Both the position numbers and the translations under genes were made by a program. A stretch of 32,000 nucleotides of DNA from Paraburkholderia acidipaludis NBRC 101816 (GTDB taxonomy: Bacteria; Pseudomonadota; Gammaproteobacteria; Burkholderiales; Burkholderiaceae): NCBI RefSeq assembly GCF_000684975.1, contig NZ_BAXZ01000005.1, forward strand, positions 317,827 through 349,826, given 5' to 3'. Of this stretch, positions 20,359-26,728 are shown piece after piece (the first letter of the stretch is position 1; every line of letters begins with the position of its first letter). The notes under the pieces are model-generated. The model searched no databases. It worked only from the letters and a program-made list of their open reading frames with translations, and had not been told where the DNA came from.

Positions 20359-20936
20359 ACGAGGTCCACAGCTTTGCGCTGCATGTCGTCGTTGACGTCG
20401 ATGTATCGCTGCGTCGTCGAAATATCTCGATGTCCTGCTAGCGACATCAACACTCGCACGCCGACGCCTTTGCTTGCCAGATTGGTGATGAACGAGCGCC
20501 GGCCGGAATGGCTGCTCGCGCCTTGAATGCCTGCTTCCCTGTAGAGCCAGTGGAAGTACTGACAGAGCGTATTGGCCGTGAACCCCGCCCGCTTCTGTGT
20601 ATAGAACAGCGGTTGCTCAGGTCTCGAATTCTTCAAGCTCGCGACATACGCGGCGAGCTCGCGCCGTAACTTCTGTCCCACGAACACGGTACGGGCGTGT
20701 CGCCCTTTGGTCTGCTCTGGAGCAAGTCGAATTTCTGACTTGATCGAACCATCTGCGTCGAGCACATCCCTCACAAGCAACGCGGCGACTTCGCCAACAC
20801 GCATACCAGCCCAATGCGTCAGCAGCACCATCGCTCGATTACGCAGCACATGCCGCCGCAACGAGACGTAGGTCAGTACCTGCTTTAGTTCCTTTTCGGT
20901 GAATGTCTTGGCCTGCTTCATTTTCCCCCTGAACAA
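20355..20936 (-). CDS. Small (193 aa) tyrosine recombinase, catalytic-core-only, FimB/FimE-sized
   Basis: Box I is AGMRVGEVAALLVRDV. HSGRRSFITNL supplies HxxR, and LAGHRDISTTQRYIDV supplies the H and catalytic Y. There is no N-terminal arm-binding or SAM-like domain. Confidence 0.8.
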   Translation of the reverse strand: MFRGKMKQAKTFTEKELKQVLTYVSLRRHVLRNRAMVLLTHWAGMRVGEVAALLVRDVLDADGSIKSEIRLAPEQTKGRHARTVFVGQKLRRELAAYVASLKNSRPEQPLFYTQKRAGFTANTLCQYFHWLYREAGIQGASSHSGRRSFITNLASKGVGVRVLMSLAGHRDISTTQRYIDVNDDMQRKAVDLV

Positions 20937-21072
20937 AGAAAGTCCATAGCCAGAGGATGTATTCTTTAGTTATACGGATCAACAAAGGAATGACACCACG
21001 CAGGTGTCAGAGGAAACAAGCACTTACGCGAAAATTAAAGGTTTTAGCAAAAACCTTTTATTTCGACCTGCT

Positions 21073-21134
21073 GCCGACATGAGATGTCGGCTAACCGACA
21101 AGTGATGTGCGCGCTGCCGTCGAAATTGTCGGTT
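21073..21134. repeat. Cluster of CCGACA/TGTCGG motifs including an 8-bp-arm hairpin
   Basis: Hairpin gccgacat-gag-atgtcggc (21073..21091), aaccgaca (21093..21100) and tgtcggtt (21127..21134). It lies between the small recombinase and the HUH gene. The same 7/8-mer recurs at 24706..24728. Confidence 0.5.
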
Positions 21135-21414
21135 GCCCAGACAAATTTCCTTGCACGGAGCGCCGTTGCAGTGGAAGCGGAAGTAAGGGGGGAACTAGGA
21201 GAGGAACGGATGTGATGTGTATCTGGTTATTTCCTATCGCATGCTCTATCCGTTCCTTGTTCGTCGTATTGTTCACATGCAGTTCTTCATCGAAATCTAT
21301 AACCGTAGTAAATCATTAAAGAGCTACTTTACAAGGCTCTTTTCGTGCTGAAAGCTGCGGAACGATTTCGTTAGCGACGCAGCCTGGGCAGTTCAGCGGA
21401 AAGCTTGCTTACTT

Positions 21415-21909
21415 CTATTCTTCGTCGGGAATGTGCATGTTCCCGACATCCACGTTGTCGGCGCTGCCCAAACCGACTTCTTTGGTGATGTAGTCGATCC
21501 AGCCTTCAGTGCATACAGGTTTGATCTTAATTTCGTTATTTCCGAACGCGGTCTTGTACCATGCTTTATGAATCGCAGCGGCGATTTCCTCTTGGCTCAT
21601 CTCCTCTCGGAAATTTCCGAAGGCGCAGTGATAGTGCAGATTCTTACCGGTCGCCTTGCCCTCCAAAACGGGAATGACGTACAGGCGTCGAGTCGAATTT
21701 CCGAACATGCTGCGATTCAGTCTGTTCATGAAGTGTCGGAAGTTCTTTCGTGCTTCGTCTTCGGTCAGTGTCTGCGTAGTCATGCCCTTGTCGTTCGTGA
21801 TTTCACGATACTGCTTCATCGTTAGCGTAACGGCATGCGTCATGCACCATTGGTACTCAAGCAGCCAATCGCGCGTCTCCCGCTGAATTTGTTTTTGATT
21901 GTTTGTCAT
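21415..21909 (-). CDS. Minimal HUH-superfamily endonuclease (Rep / inovirus Gp2 / YagK-YfjJ-like)
   Basis: Track ORF 21415..22074 overlaps the divergent gene. The internal ATG at 21909 (MTNNQKQ...) gives 164 aa. The three ordered motifs are HAVTLTM (motif I), NLHYHCAF (HUH) and IDYITKEVG (YxxK). Confidence 0.55.
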   Translation of the reverse strand: MTNNQKQIQRETRDWLLEYQWCMTHAVTLTMKQYREITNDKGMTTQTLTEDEARKNFRHFMNRLNRSMFGNSTRRLYVIPVLEGKATGKNLHYHCAFGNFREEMSQEEIAAAIHKAWYKTAFGNNEIKIKPVCTEGWIDYITKEVGLGSADNVDVGNMHIPDEE

Positions 21910-22022
21910 AGCTGTATTTAGCTCAGCCAGGACAAAAAAACCTATATAACCGAGAAATTCTGTTGATTTCAACAATGGGCGAATACATCCTCCTCTGTAT
22001 CGAAACGACATAGGAGAACTAC

Positions 22023-22469
22023 ATGAGCGCAATCGCAAATCTGAAAATCGTCGCTGCAAAACGCCCCGGTGCATTGCCGCAGGTCGTACAGCGTCGTAAC
22101 CGACTGATCGCGCAAATTTGGGAACAGACAGAACTTGCGAAGGCTCAACAGGCCGGAACGTCGTTTACACCGACGAAGTTCCGTTCGGTGAAGGATGCCG
22201 AAACCGGCGAACGCCGTAACGTGGAGGTGCAGAAGCGCGTTCGTGCTTGGTGGTGGACTGCGGAAAACGGTCGCATTCACATGCACGTGAAATACGGCTC
22301 GAAGACGCTGGAACTCGCGAAGGGCAAACAGGCTATCGAAGTCGGTACGCTAAAGGATCTGATTCCGACGCTCGACACGCTCAAGGCAGCAGTCGTCGCC
22401 GGTGAACTCGATGCGCAGATCGAAGGCGCAAGCAATCAGATGCGGTCGGGCTTTGTTGGCAAGACGTGA
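22023..22469 (+). CDS. Hypothetical protein (148 aa)
   Basis: Strong RBS (atAGGAGAactacATG), normal composition, and followed by a 13-bp perfect hairpin. No motif recognised. Confidence 0.65.
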   Translation: MSAIANLKIVAAKRPGALPQVVQRRNRLIAQIWEQTELAKAQQAGTSFTPTKFRSVKDAETGERRNVEVQKRVRAWWWTAENGRIHMHVKYGSKTLELAKGKQAIEVGTLKDLIPTLDTLKAAVVAGELDAQIEGASNQMRSGFVGKT

Positions 22470-22474
22470 AATAC

Positions 22475-22503
22475 ATCGGAAGTCCGATAATCGGACTTCC
22501 GAT
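22475..22503 (+). terminator. Perfect 13-bp hairpin downstream of 22023..22469 (terminator or protein-binding palindrome)
   Basis: atcggaagtccga-taa-tcggacttccgat, starting 6 nt after the stop codon. There is no clear U-tract. Confidence 0.45.
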
Positions 22504-22717
22504 CACGCGATGATACTGCGCATCCCAAACGGTGCACTCATCGGGCATGCATCCCCATCACCTGTACGTCGCAGAATGGCTAGTTTCGGCTATACGATCA
22601 AACGTGCAGGATTATCGACAATCGTTTTCACTCTGCGAAGCAGACGAACGGACGACTCCGCAAACTAAACTTCGTGTGGTAGTTCGCCAAGGGCCACGTT
22701 TCCCACGGCACGAAGTC

Positions 22718-23146
22718 TCAAAGGGATTCGCTAATGCGGAGCCATGCTTCGTGGAATTTGGCCTGCTTGTAGGATACAACGCTAAGCCAATAAGCGCCGC
22801 CATTCGCATCCCGCGTTGCCATCTGCTGCACTTCCTGCCTTGTCAACACATAGCAGACCGGCTGGTCTTCATTGGCATTAACTGTGACGACCCACCACGC
22901 TGAACATAGTGCTTCGAGCGACTTGCCTAGAGGGACGGCATGGTATTTGCTGAGTGCCTTTGACTGGACACCGAAAAACCTGCTCTCTTCAGCATCCGTC
23001 ACCATTAGGTCTGAGCCTCGCATGTTACGAACCGTCGGCATGACATGCCATCCGCGTCGAGAAAGCTGCCAAGCAACATAGTTAAGACCGGCATTTCCAG
23101 TCGTCGAATTCCGATAGGATCGGCCAGTATCTGCACCTAAACCCAT
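22718..23146 (-). CDS. PD-(D/E)xK-like nuclease-fold protein (Hjc/restriction-endonuclease-like)
   Basis: 142 aa. The pattern N-A-G-L-N-Y-V-A-W-Q-L-S-R-R-G-W-H-V...GSDLMV...FFGVQSKAL fits helix - beta - D - x(n) - (E/Q)xK. Confidence 0.45.
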   Translation of the reverse strand: MGLGADTGRSYRNSTTGNAGLNYVAWQLSRRGWHVMPTVRNMRGSDLMVTDAEESRFFGVQSKALSKYHAVPLGKSLEALCSAWWVVTVNANEDQPVCYVLTRQEVQQMATRDANGGAYWLSVVSYKQAKFHEAWLRISESL

Positions 23147-23275
23147 GAAGCCTTGTCCCGTTAAAATCGCTTAATCATGTTGCCCTTGTTGCGTAGCAAG
23201 ACTGCCCATGCTCGCCATTTATTGCAACATACATCTATTTGTGGAGTTTGGTTTCTCCACATTTCGGGTGCTAAT

Positions 23276-24160
23276 TTACCTCCGAAGACCACCACCTCTA
23301 TATAGGCTTTGTCTGCCAGACCGGCTTGACTCGTAATCCTCCATCAGGAGTGCAGAGAGCAGATTTCCCTTCCCAACAATCCGCAGGCGCGAATCTTTTG
23401 TTTCGTCGGTCTTGGGATCATAGTAGCCCCTTGGCCTTAGGCGGTCATCCACCAGTTCCAGTCGGCCATCCCTCTTCTGACTGATTCGGCCAATAATGTT
23501 GCCTCGCGCGTCCTTTAAGACCTGATCACTCGGTGGCTTTATAGATTTTGTGCGTGCTGAGATGTCGTTGGACGTCCTCGACAGCCTTCTGTCTCCCTTC
23601 GACGAACGCCTGCCACCGGCAAAGAGCTTGAACAGGCCCAACATGATCAAACCAAGTATGACAAGACCACCGCCTACACTACCACCTTGTGTCGTAACCG
23701 CGTTCGAAATTAAAGGTTCTGCGGACCTCTCCACAGTCAGGGGTGGCTGAGTCGCCTGCAGGGATGTTACTTGGGCCTGACTAGCGCCGGCTTCGCCGCT
23801 CGTGGCTAACTCGTGCGACGATTGCCTTGCCAACTCGGACTGCCCCGATTGCATAGACTTCATGAGTTCCTTCCACTGGGAAAAGACCTCATCAATACAG
23901 TGAACATCCGTGCACGCATCACGCTGCTGCTGCCAGTCGACAAGGTCTTCGCTCGATAGTCGTCCCGAAGCCAGCAACGATTGCTGCTGCGCGAAGATGC
24001 TGTCGTACTCGTTGTTTAGGATGGCATGGTCGCAGATGATACGCCGCGCCGCTTGCTGGGTAGTCTCGCATTGCAGGTCCCGAGCCGAAACGCTGGTACT
24101 TCCGAGTACCACCATGACGAACAGTGTTGTCGTCATTCCCTTGTGCCATATCACCGCCAA
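23276..24160 (-). CDS. Single-pass membrane protein with a Cys-containing exported N-domain (DUF1311/LprI-like?) and a basic cytoplasmic tail
   Basis: Signal-like segment TLFVMVVLGSTSVSA. N-domain CETTQQAARRIICDHAILNNEYD...RDACTDVHC. TM segment GGGLVILGLIMLGLFKLFAG. The start codon is uncertain, with a GTG, TTG and ATG all near 24136..24160. Confidence 0.55.
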   Translation of the reverse strand: MAVIWHKGMTTTLFVMVVLGSTSVSARDLQCETTQQAARRIICDHAILNNEYDSIFAQQQSLLASGRLSSEDLVDWQQQRDACTDVHCIDEVFSQWKELMKSMQSGQSELARQSSHELATSGEAGASQAQVTSLQATQPPLTVERSAEPLISNAVTTQGGSVGGGLVILGLIMLGLFKLFAGGRRSSKGDRRLSRTSNDISARTKSIKPPSDQVLKDARGNIIGRISQKRDGRLELVDDRLRPRGYYDPKTDETKDSRLRIVGKGNLLSALLMEDYESSRSGRQSLYRGGGLRR

Positions 24161-24493
24161 CTCCCTGTTTGAAACCTCACAGTACGTGATTACGGCGCAT
24201 GCGTAGAAATCTTTACGTCGAGGAAAACCTACGTCATTTGATGCATCTGCTAACGCACACTTTTCTGCTTATCAAGGAGAAGTTCCCGGAGTACGTGGCG
24301 CCGCTCACAATTTCATGAAAGGTGGAGTAGCCTTTATTGCCACCCATCCTATTATTGCCACGAGGGCTGTCGCGCTTCCCAGACCGAACCCCACCTTCCG
24401 GCTAAAATCCACCCTAACGTCCGCTAATGAGAAAGTTGAGAGGCCACTTCGGGTCAATCGCGGTCTCCGGCCGCATAAATATCCGCGACAACG

Positions 24494-24694
24494 ATGGAGA
24501 CAACAACCATGAGATACCACGAAATTCTGACCCGATCTGGTCTGCACGAAGTAGCCGACCTTGAGCAACAGCGCATCAAAGCGCAGCAGCAGGCTGCCAA
24601 GCGTCAGACCGCAGCAGCGAAACGTGCTGACCTGATGCATCGAAAGCAGAAGATAGACAAGCAGCTTTCCGACCTCAACTCCAAGCCGATCTGA
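24494..24694 (+). CDS. Small coiled-coil/basic protein
   Basis: 66-aa ORF. The ATG at 24509, preceded by GGAGA, gives MRYHEILTRSG...QQRIKAQQQAAKRQ. It is followed by two strong hairpins. Confidence 0.4.
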   Translation: METTTMRYHEILTRSGLHEVADLEQQRIKAQQQAAKRQTAAAKRADLMHRKQKIDKQLSDLNSKPI

Positions 24695-24705
24695 CAGCGT
24701 TCGGC

Positions 24706-24772
24706 AAATGTCGGTCGAACCGACATTTGAGCGAAGCGCAAGCCCTGTTCGCACGCAAGTCGAACAGGGCTT
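24706..24772 (+). terminator. Two consecutive strong hairpins (tandem terminators or a recombinase-type core site plus terminator)
   Basis: aaatgtcgg-tcgaa-ccgacattt (24706..24728) and aagccctgttcg-N9-cgaacagggctt (24740..24772). Confidence 0.45.
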
Positions 24773-25004
24773 CATCGTTGAAGAACCGCGTTTTTCGTGA
24801 TTTCTCCTGTGTACGATGTACACAGGCTACGCCTGCTGCACTGCGTTTTCTTTGGTTTTGGGGCCACATTGACTGTAGTACGCAGTGTAGTACAGTTAAT
24901 TCCTACAAAAATACAACAAGGTTCAGTCGGATGATGTTCGGAGCCGGCCACCGCAGTATCGGCGCAGACTCTCACACGATCTCCAAATTTTGCCGGCAAG
25001 CTTC

Positions 25005-25033
25005 TTGCCAAGAAGTTCAGCCTTAGCTACAAT
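25005..25033 (+). promoter_or_regulatory. Sigma70-like promoter upstream of tRNA-Pro, located in island DNA
   Basis: TTGCCA, 17 nt, then TACAAT. It sits ~60 nt upstream of the mature tRNA 5' end. Confidence 0.5.
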
Positions 25034-25090
25034 ACTGGTCTTGCTTGATGACAAACGCGGCGTAACTTGCTGTGTACGCTGTCAACGCAA

Positions 25091-25135
25091 AAATTCGGGG
25101 TGTAGCTTAGCCTGGTAGAGCGCTACGTTCGGGAC
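25091..25135 (+). repeat. attR direct repeat
   Basis: Identical to 11497..11541. Confidence 0.9.
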
Positions 25136-25172
25136 GTAGAGGCCGGAGGTTCGAATCCTCTCACCCCGACCA
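25096..25172 (+). tRNA. tRNA-Pro (anticodon CGG)
   Basis: 77 nt. Acceptor stem CGGGGTG/CACCCCG, D-arm GCTT/GAGC, anticodon stem CTACG/CGTAG, loop TTCGGGA (CGG, G37), T-arm GGAGG-TTCGAAT-CCTCT, and an encoded CCA. Confidence 0.95.
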
Positions 25173-25180
25173 GAATTTCG

Positions 25181-25213
25181 AAAAAACCGCGCAAGCATTG
25201 CGCGGTTTTTTTT
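25181..25213 (+). terminator. Rho-independent terminator after tRNA-Pro
   Basis: aaaaaa-ccgcgcaa-gca-ttgcgcgg-tttttttt. Confidence 0.85.
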
Positions 25214-25370
25214 CGCCTGCTGTTTTTTGCCAGGAAGCTTTTTGCCAATAAGCGCCAAACAAGCAAGCACGCCCTACGGGCACGATGGGGCACGACAGCC
25301 CGGCCACAACCGGCTGGCAAACGTCCCTCTGCTATAGTCTCCCCATCCGTTTCTCTCACTTTCGCGACGC

Positions 25371-26690
25371 GTGGACCACCTCCCGTTATGGGCGCAGATC
25401 GGCGCCGTCTTCGTGCTGCTCATCTGCTCCAGCTTCTTCTCCATTTCCGAAACGGCGATGATGGCGCTCAACCGCCATCGGCTGAAACACCTTGCCAACC
25501 ACGGCGCGCTCGGCGCGAAGACCACACAGAATCTGCTGGGCCGCACGGATCTGCTACTTACCGTCATCCTGATCGGTAACAACCTCTTCAACACGATCAT
25601 CCCGGTTCTCACCACCTCGATCGCGCTGCGCACCTTCGGTCATAACAACCTCGTGCTCTCGGTCGCGACCGGTATCGTCGCGTTCCTGATCATCGTGTTC
25701 GCGGAAATCACGCCGAAGATCGTCGGCGCGACCTTCCCCGAGAAGATCGCCCTGCCCGCGAGCCTCCTGATCGCGCCGCTCATGCGCGTGACCAAGCCGG
25801 TCGTCTGGTTCGTGAACCTGTTCGCCAACAGCGTCCTGCGTCTGTTGCACATCAACACGGCCAACGCGCACAGCCAGCGGCTCTCGACCGAAGAGCTGCG
25901 CACCATCGTGCTCGAGTCCGGCAGCTTCATGCCGACCAAGCACCGCAGCGTCCTCCTGAACCTGTTCGACCTGGAGAACATCACCGTCGACGACGTGATG
26001 ATTCCGCGCCGGCGCATCGAGGCGCTCGACTTCGACGCGCCGCTCGACGACATCCTCCATCAGCTAGAAACCTGCTATCACAACCGGCTGATCGTCTATC
26101 AGGGCGACATCGACCGCGTGCTGGGCGTTCTGCACGTGCGCAAGACGCTGTCCGCGCTGCACAACCAGGAACTGGAGCGCGACACGCTGCGCGAGCTGCT
26201 GGACGAGCCGTATTTCGTGCCCACCGGCACGCCCGTCTTCCAGCAGCTTCAGTACTTCCAGGAAGGCCGCCACCGCGTTGCGCTCGTGGTCAACGAGTAT
26301 GGCGAGATGGAAGGCCTCGTCACGCCGGAAGACATCATCGAGGAGCTGATCGGCGAGTTCACCACGACCCTGCCGCGCAGCGGCGCGGGCCGCGGCGGCT
26401 GGAACGAGGATGGCGAGTGCATCGTGCCGGGCAGCATGCCCTTGCGCGAGTTGAACCGCTGGCTGCATCTCACGCTGCCCACCGACGGTCCGAAGACGCT
26501 CAACGGCCTCATCCTCGAAATGCTGGAGGAGATTCCCGAAGGCGACGTGTGCCTGCAGATCGGCGACGTGAAGCTCGAAGTGCTGCGCAGCGACGACCAG
26601 TCCGTGCGCACCGTGAAGCTCTTCAAGCCCGGTGCGAAGCCGCGCGCCAGCACGCTGCAGAAGGCAAAGAAGCTCTTGCCGGGCCGTTAG
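25371..26690 (+). CDS. HlyC/CorC family transporter (DUF21 TM domain + CBS pair + CorC_HlyC domain)
   Basis: 439 aa with a GTG start. N-terminal TM region with SISETAMMALNRHRLKHLA, a CBS region, and the hallmark TPEDIIEELIGEF. Confidence 0.88.
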   Translation: MDHLPLWAQIGAVFVLLICSSFFSISETAMMALNRHRLKHLANHGALGAKTTQNLLGRTDLLLTVILIGNNLFNTIIPVLTTSIALRTFGHNNLVLSVATGIVAFLIIVFAEITPKIVGATFPEKIALPASLLIAPLMRVTKPVVWFVNLFANSVLRLLHINTANAHSQRLSTEELRTIVLESGSFMPTKHRSVLLNLFDLENITVDDVMIPRRRIEALDFDAPLDDILHQLETCYHNRLIVYQGDIDRVLGVLHVRKTLSALHNQELERDTLRELLDEPYFVPTGTPVFQQLQYFQEGRHRVALVVNEYGEMEGLVTPEDIIEELIGEFTTTLPRSGAGRGGWNEDGECIVPGSMPLRELNRWLHLTLPTDGPKTLNGLILEMLEEIPEGDVCLQIGDVKLEVLRSDDQSVRTVKLFKPGAKPRASTLQKAKKLLPGR

Positions 26691-26728
26691 CCGTTCGGCC
26701 GAGTGGCGCACGAGTCGCGCGTCGCTCG

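Larger units (their letters stand above)
11497..25135. mobile_element. Integrated genomic island (~13.6 kb) in tRNA-Pro(CGG), bounded by 45-nt direct repeats
   Basis: Perfect 45-nt direct repeats at both ends, an integrase next to the left repeat, and clearly lower GC. The long overlapping shadow ORFs typical of the flanks disappear inside it. The flanking genes ispB and corC-like are backbone genes. Confidence 0.85.

Noticed and set aside
20815-20825. Apparent 1-nt frameshift (an extra C at the 20820/20821 line break) when hand-translating the 193-aa recombinase gene
   Set aside because: The computed ORF track reports one uninterrupted 582-nt ORF (20355..20936). A separate 65-aa ORF starting at 20814 is only consistent with no frameshift. 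I treat this as my own reading or counting error, not a pseudogene.
21202-21257. 10-bp perfect inverted repeat aggaacggat / atccgttcct separated by 36 bp, considered as an invertible promoter switch for the FimB-sized recombinase
   Set aside because: The 36-bp spacer is too short for recombinase-mediated inversion. It is more likely an operator or RNA hairpin. It is left as a possible regulatory site only.
24305-24823. 172-aa minus-strand ORF covering the 24.3-24.8 kb region
   Set aside because: Cys/Arg/Leu-rich odd composition with no RBS. It overlaps the + strand small ORF, which has a good RBS, and runs through two strong hairpins. It was judged non-coding.
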